NCBI GenBank assembly: GCA_019417975.1
Contig: DYCT01000001.1
Coordinates: 2,932-32,633 of the forward strand
Length of the DNA: 29,702 bases
Direction of reading: 5' to 3'
Source: Bacteroides sp.
Lineage (GTDB): Bacteria; Bacteroidota; Bacteroidia; Bacteroidales; Bacteroidaceae
The notes below the pieces were generated by a model that did not search any database, was not told where the DNA came from, and saw only the letters and a program-made list of their open reading frames with translations. Each line of letters begins with the position of its first letter. Position 1 is the stretch's first letter. The translations under genes were made by a program, and so were the position numbers. Below are positions 6,093-16,929 of the stretch, piece by piece.

Positions 6093-8237
6093 ATGAGTAA
6101 AAAGAAAGAAAGAAAAGCGGGAAAGCGCATGAAAAAAGGTGAATTGGCTGACAAACTAATGAACCTTTTCCGCGAAAGACCGACAGAGACTTTTTCGCGC
6201 AAGTATATATTCCAAACACTGAGTCTGACTACACATCCCCTGAAAATGCTGTGCATGGATATTATCTATGAACTGCTGGAGGGAGACTATCTGACAGAAA
6301 TAGAAAACGGTATCTATAAACTGAACGACCACGGCACCATCCTGACGGGGACTTTCGTCAGAAAGAGCAATGGCAAGAATTCGTTTATCCCGGAAGGCGG
6401 GGGAGAACCTATCTTCATTGCGGAACGTAACTCGGCTCATGCGATGAACAACGATAAGGTGAAAGTGGCTTTCTTTGCCAAACGCAGGCATCGTGAGGCG
6501 GAAGGAGAGGTAATCGAAATCTTGGAACGTGCCAACGATACGTTTGTGGGCACGCTGGATGTGAGCAAGGGCTATGCCTTCCTGGTGACGGAAAACCGTA
6601 CATTGGCCAACGACATCTTCATCCCGAAAGATAAACTGAAGGGGGGAAAGGATGGCGACAAGGCTATTGTGAAAGTAGTGGAATGGCCGGACAAGGCGAA
6701 GAACCCCATCGGACAAGTAATCGATGTGTTGGGAAAAGCCGGAGACAACAATACGGAAATGCATGCCATCCTGGCGGAATTCGGGTTGCCGTATGTATAT
6801 CCTAAATCGGTGGAAGCTGCGGCTGATAAGATTCCTGCTGAGATTACGAAGGAGGACTTGGCGGAAAGAGAGGACTTCAGAAACGTGACTACGTTTACCA
6901 TCGACCCGAAAGATGCGAAGGACTTTGACGACGCGCTCTCTATCCGGGCTCTCGAAGACGGATGGTGGGAAGTGGGTGTGCACATCGCGGATGTGACGCA
7001 TTACGTGAAAGAGGGCTGCATCATCGACAAGGAAGCAGAGAAGAGGGCAACATCGGTCTATCTGGTGGACCGAACCATCCCTATGCTGCCCGAACGACTG
7101 TGCAACTTCCTTTGCTCGCTACGACCCGATGAGGAGAAACTGGCATTCTCGGTAATCTTTACCATCAATGAAAAAGGGGAGGTGAAAGATTCGCGCATCG
7201 TGCATACGGTCATCAAGAGTAACCGTCGATTTACCTACGAAGAGGCACAACAGATTATCGAAACCGGAAAGGGAGATTATCAAGAAGAGGTGCTGATGCT
7301 GAACACCATCGCACAGGCATTGCGTGAGAAACGTTTTCAGGCCGGCGCCATCAATTTCGATCGGTACGAGGTGAAGTTTGAAATCGATGAACAGGGAAAA
7401 CCCTTGAGCGTGTATTTCAAAGTATCGAAAGAAGCCAATAAGCTGGTGGAGGAATTTATGTTGCTGGCAAACAAAACCGTGGCAGAAAAAGTGGGACGTG
7501 TGGATAAAGGAAAGAAACCGAAAGTGTTCCCTTATCGTATTCACGACTTGCCGGACCCGGAGAAACTGGAGAATCTGTCGCAGTTTATCGCTCGATTCGG
7601 TTACAAGCTGCGGACAAGCGGCACGAAGACTGAGGTGTCGAAATCGATTAACCATCTGCTGGACGACATACAAGGCAAGAAAGAGGAGAACCTGATAGAG
7701 ACGGTTTCCATCAGAGCCATGCAGAAAGCACGCTATTCGGTACATAACATCGGACATTATGGCTTGGCTTTCGAATATTATACGCATTTCACCTCACCTA
7801 TCCGACGCTATCCGGACATGATGGTGCACCGACTGCTGACACGCTATCTGGCTGGAGGACGGTCGGTGTCGGAAGCCAAATACGAGGACTTGTGTGAACA
7901 CAGCTCGGCCATGGAACAGGTGGCTGCCAACGCTGAACGGGCTTCGGTGAAGTATAAACAGGTGGAATTTATGAGTGATCGCATCGGACAAACATACGAC
8001 GGGGTTATCTCGGGCGTGACGGAATGGGGACTCTATGTGGAACTGAACGAAAACAAATGTGAGGGAATGGTGCCCATCCGAGACCTGGACGACGACTATT
8101 ATGAGTTTGACGAGAAGAATTACTGCCTGAGAGGGAGACGGACACACCGCACCTACAGCCTGGGTGATGCGCTGACAGTGCGGGTGGCACGAGCCAACCT
8201 GGAGAAGAAGCAGCTGGACTTTGCCTTGGTAGAGTAG
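6093..8237 (+). CDS. rnr: Ribonuclease R
   Basis: RNB catalytic motif TIDPKDAKDFDDALS, HIADV, YTHFTSPIRRYPD, C-terminal S1 domain. ATG 6093 preferred to TTG 6084. Confidence 0.96.
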   Translation: MSKKKERKAGKRMKKGELADKLMNLFRERPTETFSRKYIFQTLSLTTHPLKMLCMDIIYELLEGDYLTEIENGIYKLNDHGTILTGTFVRKSNGKNSFIPEGGGEPIFIAERNSAHAMNNDKVKVAFFAKRRHREAEGEVIEILERANDTFVGTLDVSKGYAFLVTENRTLANDIFIPKDKLKGGKDGDKAIVKVVEWPDKAKNPIGQVIDVLGKAGDNNTEMHAILAEFGLPYVYPKSVEAAADKIPAEITKEDLAEREDFRNVTTFTIDPKDAKDFDDALSIRALEDGWWEVGVHIADVTHYVKEGCIIDKEAEKRATSVYLVDRTIPMLPERLCNFLCSLRPDEEKLAFSVIFTINEKGEVKDSRIVHTVIKSNRRFTYEEAQQIIETGKGDYQEEVLMLNTIAQALREKRFQAGAINFDRYEVKFEIDEQGKPLSVYFKVSKEANKLVEEFMLLANKTVAEKVGRVDKGKKPKVFPYRIHDLPDPEKLENLSQFIARFGYKLRTSGTKTEVSKSINHLLDDIQGKKEENLIETVSIRAMQKARYSVHNIGHYGLAFEYYTHFTSPIRRYPDMMVHRLLTRYLAGGRSVSEAKYEDLCEHSSAMEQVAANAERASVKYKQVEFMSDRIGQTYDGVISGVTEWGLYVELNENKCEGMVPIRDLDDDYYEFDEKNYCLRGRRTHRTYSLGDALTVRVARANLEKKQLDFALVE

Positions 8238-8310
8238 GTCGCACTCCGGGATGGTGTGTCTTGACGATGAAAAAACAGATGAATATGAGGGGTATAACCG
8301 ACTAATTTCA

Positions 8311-8318
8311 TACCTTTG
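8311..8318 (+). promoter_or_regulatory. -7 promoter box for the methyltransferase-peptidase-purD gene run
   Basis: TACCTTTG matches TAnnTTTG. Confidence 0.6.
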
Positions 8319-8373
8319 CACCTTTAAATAAAGGCGTAAGGAACAATTGATAGATATTCAAAATATGAACTTA

Positions 8374-9555
8374 ATGAATGAAAAGATGGAGCTCATCGCC
8401 AAAACCTTTCAAGGACTGGAAACTATTTTGGCCGAAGAGTTGACTCGACTGGGAGCCGACGATATTCAGATAGGACGACGTATGGTATCGTTTACCGGCA
8501 ATAAAGAGATGCTTTACAAGGCAAATTTCTGCTTGCGTACTGCTATCCGTATTTTAAAGCCAATCAAACATTTCAATGCTGCCAATGCGGATGAAGTGTA
8601 TGAACAGGTGAAGAGTGTACGCTGGGAAGAGTATATGGACGAAAGTAAGGCATTTGCCGTAGACTCGGTCGTGTTCTCGGATGAGTTCCGTCACTCTAAG
8701 TTCGTGGCGTATCGTGTGAAAGACGCCATTGTGGACTATTTCCGCGAGAAGTCGGGTAAACGTCCGTCGGTGCGTATCAACAAGCCGGATGTATTGCTTA
8801 ACATTCATATTGCTCAGAATAAATGTACATTGTCGTTGGATAGCTCGGGTGAGTCGCTACACCGACGTGGATATCGACAGGAAGCTGTGGAAGCACCGCT
8901 GAACGAGGTGTTGGCTGCCGGTATGATTATGATGACCGGATGGCACGGAGAGTGCGACTTCATCGACCCGATGTGTGGCTCAGGTACTATCCCTATTGAA
9001 GCTGCGCTGATAGCACGCAACATCGCACCCGGAGTGTTTCGCAAGGAATTTGCCTTTGAACGTTGGAACGACTTCGACCAGGATTTGTTCGACTCTATCT
9101 ACAACGACGATTCGGCTGAGCGCGAGTTCAAGTATAAAATTTATGGATATGACAACAACCCCAAGGCTAACGAGATTGCCATGCGCAATGTGAAAGCTGC
9201 CGGGCTGAGCAAGGATATTGTGTTGAAACTACAACCTTTCCAACAGTTTCAGTCACCCGGAAAGAAATCGATTATCGTGATGAACCCTCCGTATGGAGAA
9301 CGTATCTCGACAAACGACTTGTTGGGCCTGTATCGAATGATTGGGGAACGACTGAAACATGCTTTCCAGGGAAACAGTGCATGGGTGCTTAGCTACCGGG
9401 AGGAATGTTTCGACCAAATCGGGCTGAAACCATCGGTGAAGATACCTTTGTATAACGGTGCGTTGGAATGCGAATTCCGGAAATATGAGATTTTTGAAGG
9501 AAAATATAAGGAGTTTAAAAAAGACGAAGCGGAGAAAGGAAAATGGAAAAAATAA
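8374..9555 (+). CDS. THUMP-domain SAM-dependent RNA methyltransferase (RlmL/YpsC-like)
   Basis: SLHRRGYR, APLNEVLAAG, DPMCGSGTIPIEAA, NPPYGER. Start uncertain among 8365, 8374 and 8386. Confidence 0.9.
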   Translation: MNEKMELIAKTFQGLETILAEELTRLGADDIQIGRRMVSFTGNKEMLYKANFCLRTAIRILKPIKHFNAANADEVYEQVKSVRWEEYMDESKAFAVDSVVFSDEFRHSKFVAYRVKDAIVDYFREKSGKRPSVRINKPDVLLNIHIAQNKCTLSLDSSGESLHRRGYRQEAVEAPLNEVLAAGMIMMTGWHGECDFIDPMCGSGTIPIEAALIARNIAPGVFRKEFAFERWNDFDQDLFDSIYNDDSAEREFKYKIYGYDNNPKANEIAMRNVKAAGLSKDIVLKLQPFQQFQSPGKKSIIVMNPPYGERISTNDLLGLYRMIGERLKHAFQGNSAWVLSYREECFDQIGLKPSVKIPLYNGALECEFRKYEIFEGKYKEFKKDEAEKGKWKK

Positions 9556-11768
9556 GTAAACGGTTGGCCGCATGGATGCTGGCAGGATTGGCTATGACTG
9601 GAGTAATGGCACAGGAAAAGAAGACGATGACACTGGAAGACCTGATTCCGGGCGGGGTGTCGTATCATCAGTATCGACCCGAAAACATCTATGGACTGCA
9701 ATGGTGGGGCGATGTGTGTATCCGACCGGATGTAGACTCGCTGTTTTCCATTCAACCACGCTCGGGAAAAGAGGAACTGTTGGCTGTGCGTAGCCGAATA
9801 AATGAAGTGCTGAACGGACAGAATGGTCAGGAAGAGGTGGAAAAAGGACCGCTTCACCATTTCTACGCAGCTTCGTTCCCTTGGGCTGACAAGCCGTTGA
9901 TGCTGCTTAACCTGAAAGATAAATTTGTGGTGTACGACTTTAAAGCGAACAAACTGGTGAGCGAAACGGCATTGGCAAAACAGGCTGCCAACGTGGACTA
10001 CTGCAAAGAAAACGCAATGGTGGCTTACACCATCGGCAATAATCTGTATGTGAACGACAGAAAGGTGACGGATGAACCCGAAGGTGTGGTATGTGGCCAG
10101 TCGGTGCATCGCAATGAGTTCGGTATACACAAAGGAACATTCTGGAGTCCGAAAGGAAATGCTTTGGCATTTTATCGGATGGACGAACGGATGGTGACCG
10201 ACTACCCGCTGGTGGATATCTCAGAACGAATCGGGACATTGGAAAATATCAAATATCCGATGGCAGGGATGACCAGTCATCAGGTGAAAGTAGGGGTGTA
10301 TAACGTAAAGACGCAACAAACGGTGTATTTGCAGGCAGGTGACCCGACCGACCGCTATTTTACCAATGTGTCTTGGACACCCGACGAACAGAAGATTTAT
10401 CTTATCGAGCTGAACAGAGACCAAAACCATGCTCAGTTGGTACGCTATGATGTGGCTACCGGCAAGCGGGAAGAGGTAATCTACGAAGAGATGAGCAAAC
10501 GATATGTGGAACCGATGCATCCGTTGGTGTTCTTGCCGGGCGACGATTCGAAATTTATCTACCAGAGTCAACGCAATGGTTTCAATCACTTGTATGTGAT
10601 GGATACCCGCAAGCCGGTGAAGCCGGAAGTACGCCAAGGACGTATGGCAGAATTCTCTTACAAGGAGTACATTCAGACTACTCCGTTGACCGAAGGCGAA
10701 TGGTTAGTACAGGATGTATTGGGATTTGACGAGAAAGGACAATACCTATATTATACTTCTACGGAGAAGAGTCCGATGGAGAGTCAGCTGTATCGCGTGA
10801 AACTGAGCAACGGACAGCGTGCTTTGCTGACTCCGGAAGCCGGTATGCACTATGCTACCGTCAGTGCTTCGGGGGCATACCTGATTGATAACTATAGCTC
10901 GGCTGAGACTCCTCGCGTTATCAACCTGACAAATGCCAAGAATGGCAAAGTGATGCAGAACTTGCTGACAGCAAAGAATCCGTATGAAGGTTGTGACATG
11001 CCGAGCATCGAGACCGGAACCATCAAGGCTGCTGACGGAGTGACCGACTTGTATTACCGTATGATAAAACCGTCGAACTTTGATCCGAACAAGAAATATC
11101 CGGCTATTATATATGTATATGGAGGACCGCATGCGCAGATGATTCATAATACATTCTGCTGGGATGCCCGCGGATGGGACCTTTACATGGCACAGCAGGG
11201 CTATGTGATGTTTACACTCGACAACCGTGGTAGTGAGAATAGAGGCTTGGCATTCGAACAAGCTACCTTCCGCCGACTGGGAGTGGAAGAAGGCAAAGAT
11301 CAGGTGAAGGGTGCAGAGTTCTTGCAGTCGTTGCCTTACATTGACGGAGCGAGAATCGGTGTACATGGATGGAGCTTTGGCGGACACATGACAACCTCGC
11401 TGTTGTTGCGCTATCCGGAAATCTTTAAAGCAGGTGTAGCCGGTGGTCCGGTTATCGACTGGAAGTATTATGAAGTGATGTATGGTGAAAGATATATGGA
11501 TACTCCGCAGACCAATAAAGAGGGTTATGAAGAGACCAATTTGAACAATCTGGCCGGACAGCTGAAAGGACACTTGTTGCTGATTCATGATGATTACGAC
11601 CATACTTGTGTACTTCAGCACACGTTGTCGTTTATGAAGGCTTGCGTAGAGGCACGCACCTATCCGGACTTGTTTATCTATCCGGGACACGACCATAACG
11701 TAATCGGTAAAGACCGTGTGCATCTGCACGAAAAGATAACCCGTTATTTCAACGATTATTTAAAGTAA
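9543..11768 (+). CDS. S9B peptidase (dipeptidyl-peptidase IV / prolyl tripeptidyl peptidase-like), secreted
   Basis: Signal peptide, DPPIV N-terminal propeller, VYGGPHAQ, catalytic GWSFGG, C-terminal Asp/His region. Confidence 0.92.
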   Translation: MEKISKRLAAWMLAGLAMTGVMAQEKKTMTLEDLIPGGVSYHQYRPENIYGLQWWGDVCIRPDVDSLFSIQPRSGKEELLAVRSRINEVLNGQNGQEEVEKGPLHHFYAASFPWADKPLMLLNLKDKFVVYDFKANKLVSETALAKQAANVDYCKENAMVAYTIGNNLYVNDRKVTDEPEGVVCGQSVHRNEFGIHKGTFWSPKGNALAFYRMDERMVTDYPLVDISERIGTLENIKYPMAGMTSHQVKVGVYNVKTQQTVYLQAGDPTDRYFTNVSWTPDEQKIYLIELNRDQNHAQLVRYDVATGKREEVIYEEMSKRYVEPMHPLVFLPGDDSKFIYQSQRNGFNHLYVMDTRKPVKPEVRQGRMAEFSYKEYIQTTPLTEGEWLVQDVLGFDEKGQYLYYTSTEKSPMESQLYRVKLSNGQRALLTPEAGMHYATVSASGAYLIDNYSSAETPRVINLTNAKNGKVMQNLLTAKNPYEGCDMPSIETGTIKAADGVTDLYYRMIKPSNFDPNKKYPAIIYVYGGPHAQMIHNTFCWDARGWDLYMAQQGYVMFTLDNRGSENRGLAFEQATFRRLGVEEGKDQVKGAEFLQSLPYIDGARIGVHGWSFGGHMTTSLLLRYPEIFKAGVAGGPVIDWKYYEVMYGERYMDTPQTNKEGYEETNLNNLAGQLKGHLLLIHDDYDHTCVLQHTLSFMKACVEARTYPDLFIYPGHDHNVIGKDRVHLHEKITRYFNDYLK

Positions 11769-11775
11769 GCTGTAT

Positions 11776-13044
11776 ATGAAGATTTTGTTGTTGGGCTCTG
11801 GCGGACGTGAGCATGCCTTAGCCTGGAAAATAGCTCAAAGCCCGAAAGTGGAGAAACTGTTTATCGCTCCGGGCAACGCCGGCACAGCTCAGGCAGGTGA
11901 GAATGTGGCGGTGAAAGCGGATGACTTTAAGGGCATACGCGAATTTGTCTTGACCAATGGAGTAGACATGGTCGTGGTAGGACCGGAAGACCCGTTGGTG
12001 AAAGGTATTTATGATTATTTTAAAGCAGATGAGGCTTTGTGCAACATCCCTGTTATCGGACCGTCGAAGGCTGGCGCTACCCTGGAAGGTAGTAAGGAAT
12101 TTGCCAAAGGATTCATGCAGCGCCATCAGATACCAACAGCCGGATATAAGAGTATTACGGCTGAGAACCTGGAAGAAGGATTGGCCTTCCTGGAGACATT
12201 GCAGGCTCCGTATGTGCTGAAAGCAGATGGGCTGTGTGCCGGAAAAGGGGTACTGATTCTGCCTACACTGGAAGAAGCAAAAAAAGAGTTGAGCGAGATG
12301 CTGAACGGAATGTTTGGAAACGCTTCGGCAACGGTAGTTATCGAAGAGTTTCTGAGCGGAATAGAATGTTCGGTGTTTGTCTTGACCGATGGAAAGAATT
12401 ACAAGATTCTGCCGGAAGCCAAGGACTACAAACGCATCGGAGAAGGAGACAAGGGGTTGAACACAGGAGGTATGGGAAGTATATCGCCTGTACCTTTTGC
12501 GGATAAAGACTGGATGCAGAAAGTGGAAGACCGCATCATCCGTCCGACAGTGGAAGGACTGGCTGAGGAAGGAATCGATTATAAAGGCTTCATTTTCTTC
12601 GGCCTGATTAACGTGAAGGACGAACCGATGGTCATCGAATACAATGTTCGTATGGGTGACCCGGAGACTGAATCGGTCATGCTCCGTATTCAAAGTGATT
12701 TGGTCGACCTGTTTGAAGGAGTGGCCAGTGGTAATCTGGATGCCAAAGAGTTGATTGTAGACCCACGTACGGCAGTGTGTGTGATGCTGGTATCGGGAGG
12801 ATATCCGGAAACGTATCAAAAAGGATTTCCGATAGCAGGACTCTCTGAAGTGAAAGACAGTATTGTGTTTCACGCCGGTACAGCTTGCAAAGATGAGCAG
12901 ATTGTGACAAACGGAGGACGTGTGATAGCGGTTTGCTCGTATGGAACGAATAAAGCAGAAGCGTTGGCTCAGAGTTTTGAAGGAGCGAACACGATTGATT
13001 TTGAAAAGAAATATTTCCGCAGAGACATCGGGTTTGATTTGTAA
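11776..13044 (+). CDS. purD: Phosphoribosylamine--glycine ligase
   Basis: [53 protein letters not shown]. Confidence 0.98.
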   Translation: MKILLLGSGGREHALAWKIAQSPKVEKLFIAPGNAGTAQAGENVAVKADDFKGIREFVLTNGVDMVVVGPEDPLVKGIYDYFKADEALCNIPVIGPSKAGATLEGSKEFAKGFMQRHQIPTAGYKSITAENLEEGLAFLETLQAPYVLKADGLCAGKGVLILPTLEEAKKELSEMLNGMFGNASATVVIEEFLSGIECSVFVLTDGKNYKILPEAKDYKRIGEGDKGLNTGGMGSISPVPFADKDWMQKVEDRIIRPTVEGLAEEGIDYKGFIFFGLINVKDEPMVIEYNVRMGDPETESVMLRIQSDLVDLFEGVASGNLDAKELIVDPRTAVCVMLVSGGYPETYQKGFPIAGLSEVKDSIVFHAGTACKDEQIVTNGGRVIAVCSYGTNKAEALAQSFEGANTIDFEKKYFRRDIGFDL

Positions 13045-14048
13045 TGACGAAACGCGGACTACAATATGAAATAACGACGGGCAGGTTTACCTTGCCCGTA
13101 ACGTTTCTATTGGTGTTGCTGATAGGTGGAGCTGTGGACTGGCTGATGCCTGAGCTAAAGGTAGAAGACACTTATCTCTTCCGAAATATGCTATGGCAAT
13201 GGATACCGGGAGAATGGCTGGATAGGGTGGTGATGTTTTTAGCACATCTCTTTGTGGGCTATTTGCTCATCGAGGTAAACAATGCATACGGCATTATCCG
13301 AATGAGGACTTCTATGCAGACATCGCTTTATGGGTGGTTGTTGGTTTCGACCCCTTATCTGTTTCTCCCCTCTGTTGGCCCGCTATTGGCCTGCTTCTTG
13401 ATTCTCTCTATCTATTTTCTATTTAGGGGATATCAGCAGAACGAACCGGTGAATTGTGTGTTTCATGCTTGGCTGTTTTGGGGATTGGGTACATTGTTGT
13501 TTCCTCCGCTGTTTTGGTTCTTGCCCCTTTTGCTGGTTGGAGCGTATATGTTTAAAGCCTTGTCGTGGCGTACTTTTTTTGCCGGACTTGTGGGATTGAG
13601 TATCCCATATTGGTTCTTATTGGTCTATGCTTATTGCAAGGGACAGATGGACGTATTTAAGCAACCTTTCGCGGAGTTGGTTAACTTTCAGCCGATAGGT
13701 GGTTGTATGCCACCGGTATGGGCGCTTGTTTCGGTCGGAGCCTTGTGTTTGCTTTTGCTCGTAAGCAGTGTACATTATATGATGACGAGCTACGATGATA
13801 AAATCAGAACACGCAACTATTTGCTTTTTCTCATTTGGGGAAGTTTCTTGTTCGTCGTTTTGGGAATATTGCAACCACAGCACACCTTGCTGTTGTTGTC
13901 GCTACTGTTGCCTATCGTTGCTTTCTTGGGAGCTCATTTGTTTACGTTGAGTCATAGCCGCACGTCCAGTATCTTTTTCGTGGTTTACTTGTGTCTGCTT
14001 ATTGCAACCTTTTCCTATAATATATGGATGCTGTCATACAATTTCTGA
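13044..14048 (+). CDS. Polytopic membrane protein (DUF6427-like)
   Basis: 334 aa with many hydrophobic segments; TAATG stop/start coupling to purD. Family name recalled, not searched. Confidence 0.7.
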   Translation: MTKRGLQYEITTGRFTLPVTFLLVLLIGGAVDWLMPELKVEDTYLFRNMLWQWIPGEWLDRVVMFLAHLFVGYLLIEVNNAYGIIRMRTSMQTSLYGWLLVSTPYLFLPSVGPLLACFLILSIYFLFRGYQQNEPVNCVFHAWLFWGLGTLLFPPLFWFLPLLLVGAYMFKALSWRTFFAGLVGLSIPYWFLLVYAYCKGQMDVFKQPFAELVNFQPIGGCMPPVWALVSVGALCLLLLVSSVHYMMTSYDDKIRTRNYLLFLIWGSFLFVVLGILQPQHTLLLLSLLLPIVAFLGAHLFTLSHSRTSSIFFVVYLCLLIATFSYNIWMLSYNF

Positions 14049-14497
14049 TAGATTGGGGATATTTGGGCATTTTCCTTTCTGCTTTTTTGGCCGGTACCAT
14101 TGTCCCTCTTAGTTCGGAGGCGGTGCTGGTAGCCTTGATTTTACCTGGTACAGGGCTGAATGTTGTGTTATGTGTAGCCTTAGCTTCGGTCGGGAACTGG
14201 TTGGGCGGCCTGGTCTGTTATTGGATGGGACGTTTGGGAAAGCTGGAATGGTTGGAGAAATATTTTCGGATAGAGCGTGCTAAGATTGACCGTATGCGTA
14301 TTTATTTGGGAGGCAAGGGCAGTTGGGTAGGCTTTTTTTCGTTTCTTCCTGTTGTAGGAGATGTTATCGCAGTGGCATTGGGCTTTTTGCGGAGTCATCT
14401 GCTATATGTTTCGATTTATATGCTGGCAGGTAAGGTGGTGCGTTATGTGTTTGTAGTGATGGCAGCAAAAGGAGTGTTTACGGCTTTGGGGTTATGA
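14024..14497 (+). CDS. YqaA/DedA (VTT domain) membrane protein
   Basis: FLSAFLAGTIVPLSSEAVL, GNWLGG..YWMGR, LPVVGD. Confidence 0.88.
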   Translation: MDAVIQFLIDWGYLGIFLSAFLAGTIVPLSSEAVLVALILPGTGLNVVLCVALASVGNWLGGLVCYWMGRLGKLEWLEKYFRIERAKIDRMRIYLGGKGSWVGFFSFLPVVGDVIAVALGFLRSHLLYVSIYMLAGKVVRYVFVVMAAKGVFTALGL

Positions 14498-15165
14498 AAG
14501 ATATAGTACGTAAAATAGAAAAAACATCGGATGGTAGCTGTACGCTGTATGTGCCTCAGTTGGATGAACACTATCATTCGGTAAAAGGGGCATTGACCGA
14601 GTCGCAACATATATTTATCGGTATGGGGCTTGACAGTCATCCGGCTGTCACGCCTGCAGTGCTGGAGATTGGCTTCGGCACAGGACTGAACGCTTTTCTT
14701 ACCCGACTGAGGGCAGAGGAAGAACAACGTCCTGTTCGGTACACAACGCTCGAACGCTATCCGGTAGAACCGGAACTACTCGCTTCGCTTGCTTATCCGC
14801 AACAAGTGGCACCTCATCGGAATGACGCATTCGACGAACTGCACAAGGCAACCTGGAATGAAGAGGTAGTCTTATCGTCTTATTTTACGCTTTGTAAATG
14901 GAACGTAGACTTTACGACTTTCCAGTTTCCGGAAGACACTTTTGATGTGGTCTATTTTGATGCCTTTGCACCTGAGAAGCAACCGGAGATGTGGACTCCG
15001 GCTTTGTTTGAGCGTATTTATGCATCCATGCGAGAAGGGGGTATCTTAGTGACGTATTGCGCCAAAGGTGTGGTGAGACGGATGTTGCAAGGAGCCGGCT
15101 TCCGGACAGAACGTTTGCCGGGACCTCCGGGAGGAAAGAGAGAAATTTTACGGGCAGTTAAATGA
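14494..15165 (+). CDS. mnmD: tRNA (5-methylaminomethyl-2-thiouridine)(34) methyltransferase, stand-alone
   Basis: TSDGSCTLY, EHYHS, LEIGFGTGLN, YFDAFAPEKQPEMW, GGKREIL. Confidence 0.9.
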   Translation: MKDIVRKIEKTSDGSCTLYVPQLDEHYHSVKGALTESQHIFIGMGLDSHPAVTPAVLEIGFGTGLNAFLTRLRAEEEQRPVRYTTLERYPVEPELLASLAYPQQVAPHRNDAFDELHKATWNEEVVLSSYFTLCKWNVDFTTFQFPEDTFDVVYFDAFAPEKQPEMWTPALFERIYASMREGGILVTYCAKGVVRRMLQGAGFRTERLPGPPGGKREILRAVK

Positions 15166-15172
15166 GAATAGT

Positions 15173-16054
15173 ATGAGGAATAGAATGATTTTTTATAGCT
15201 TGATGGGCACTTTGTGCTTGTTGTTTGCGGCGTGTGGAGGAAAGACAGAAAGACAGGAAGAGGCACGTATCATCAGTGTGACGTTGGAACCTTTACGCTA
15301 CTTTACAGAAGCATTGGCAGGCGAGCGGTTTCGAGTGGTTAGTCTGGTCCCAAAGGGAAGTAGCCCGGAGACATACGACCCCACTCCTCGGCAATTAGTG
15401 GATTTGGGGAAGAGTGAAGCTTATATCCGCATTGGGTATATCGGATTTGAACAAGTATGGATGGAACGTTTGGAGGCGAATGCGCCCAATATGCGGGTGT
15501 TTGATGCTTCGCAAGGAATAGACGTGATTCGTCAGTCGGAGAGTCATATCGGGCATCAGCATGAAGGGGGAGTAGAACCTCATCTTTGGAATTCGACCGT
15601 CAATGCCAGACAGATAGCGTCTAATGTATGCAAGGCTTTGTGTGAATTGGACTCAATCCATGCCGGTGAATATAGGCAACGCTTGGATAGTCTGGACCGT
15701 GTAATCCAATCGACCGATTCGGTTATCCGTTCGCTTTTGACGGAAGGAGATGAGGCTTTTCTGATTTATCATCCGGCTCTTTCGTATTTCGCTCGCGACT
15801 ATGGGTTGATACAGATACCGATTGAACAAGATGGGAAAGAGCCTTCGGCGGCTTATCTGAAGAAATTGGTAGACATGTGTCGTTGTCAATCTATCAAGGT
15901 GATATTCGTACAGCCGGAGTTTGATGAACATATTGCGGAAATCATAGCATCGCAAACACATACGCAGGTGCGCCCTATCAATCCGTTGGCTTACAACTGG
16001 CCTGAAGAAATGATTGCGGTGGCTCGTGCATTGCATAAACAAGAGAAGCCATGA
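15173..16054 (+). CDS. Zn/Mn ABC transporter substrate-binding lipoprotein (ZnuA/TroA family)
   Basis: Lipobox-like FAAC, SPETYDPTP, His loop HIGHQHE, EPHLW, YHPALSYFARDYGL. Confidence 0.9.
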   Translation: MRNRMIFYSLMGTLCLLFAACGGKTERQEEARIISVTLEPLRYFTEALAGERFRVVSLVPKGSSPETYDPTPRQLVDLGKSEAYIRIGYIGFEQVWMERLEANAPNMRVFDASQGIDVIRQSESHIGHQHEGGVEPHLWNSTVNARQIASNVCKALCELDSIHAGEYRQRLDSLDRVIQSTDSVIRSLLTEGDEAFLIYHPALSYFARDYGLIQIPIEQDGKEPSAAYLKKLVDMCRCQSIKVIFVQPEFDEHIAEIIASQTHTQVRPINPLAYNWPEEMIAVARALHKQEKP

Positions 16055-16833
16055 AGAATCCGTTATTGAAGGTTGAAAAGCTTACGGCCTCGTATGATGG
16101 GAAGCAGGTGTTGCGTGAAGTAGACCTGACGGTATACGAATATGATTTCTTAGGAATCATCGGTCCTAACGGTGGTGGAAAGACCACGTTGGTAAAGACA
16201 ATATTAGGGCTGAAAAAGGCAGATTCCGGACAGATTCGCTTTTTCCGAAATGGACAGGAGGTAGAGCGTATCACTATGGGATATTTGCCACAATACAGTG
16301 CGATTGATAAGAAGTTTCCCATCTCGGTAGAAGAGGTGATTTTGTCGGGACTGAGTAAGCAGAAACCATTGCTGAGTCGTTTTACAGCAGAACAACGAAG
16401 TAAGGTGACCGAAGTGGTGCAACGCATGGGGTTGCAAGGCTTGGAGAAACGTCCTATCGGTGCTTTGAGTGGGGGACAATTGCAACGGACGTTGCTAGGT
16501 AGGGCTATTGTGTCGAATCCGGATGTCCTGATTCTGGATGAACCCAGTACATACATCGATAAGCGGTTTGAAGCCAAATTGTACAAACTGCTTGAAGAAG
16601 TGAACAAGCACTGTGCCGTGGTGTTGGTAAGTCATGACATCGGTACGGTGTTGCAGAACGTAAAGTCCATTGCTTGTGTAAACGAAACGTTGCATTATCA
16701 TCCCGATACGGAAATCTCTGCAGATTGGTTGGAGAAGAGTTTTGATTGTCCAATCGAAATGTTAGGACATGGACAGTTTCCACATCGTGTGCTTTGTACA
16801 CATCGGGAACATGAGCATGAATCGGAATCGTAA
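16051..16833 (+). CDS. Metal ABC transporter ATP-binding protein (ZnuC-like)
   Basis: GPNGGGKTT, GYLPQ, LSGGQLQR, LILDEP, VSHD, His/Cys-rich tail. Confidence 0.9.
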   Translation: MKNPLLKVEKLTASYDGKQVLREVDLTVYEYDFLGIIGPNGGGKTTLVKTILGLKKADSGQIRFFRNGQEVERITMGYLPQYSAIDKKFPISVEEVILSGLSKQKPLLSRFTAEQRSKVTEVVQRMGLQGLEKRPIGALSGGQLQRTLLGRAIVSNPDVLILDEPSTYIDKRFEAKLYKLLEEVNKHCAVVLVSHDIGTVLQNVKSIACVNETLHYHPDTEISADWLEKSFDCPIEMLGHGQFPHRVLCTHREHEHESES

Positions 16834-16884
16834 GATACCGGTGAAATAAAAACGGGTAGCCTGTCATCGTATGGTTGAAAAGGT

Positions 16885-16892
16885 TATCTTTG
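16885..16892 (+). promoter_or_regulatory. -7 promoter box for the LOG-hemD gene run
   Basis: TATCTTTG matches TAnnTTTG. Confidence 0.55.
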
Positions 16893-16929
16893 CATACCTA
16901 TTATATATTATAGAGAATCTTTTTTATTC

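Noticed and set aside
4995..12873. Long antisense ORFs (e.g. 4995-5930, 6156-7001, 10746-11729, 11818-12873)
   Set aside because: Shadow frames of well-supported plus-strand genes with no recognisable motifs.
14494..15165. mnmD as a truncated mnmC pseudogene
   Set aside because: Complete methyltransferase domain with a normal GGKRE end; stand-alone MnmD is an established form.
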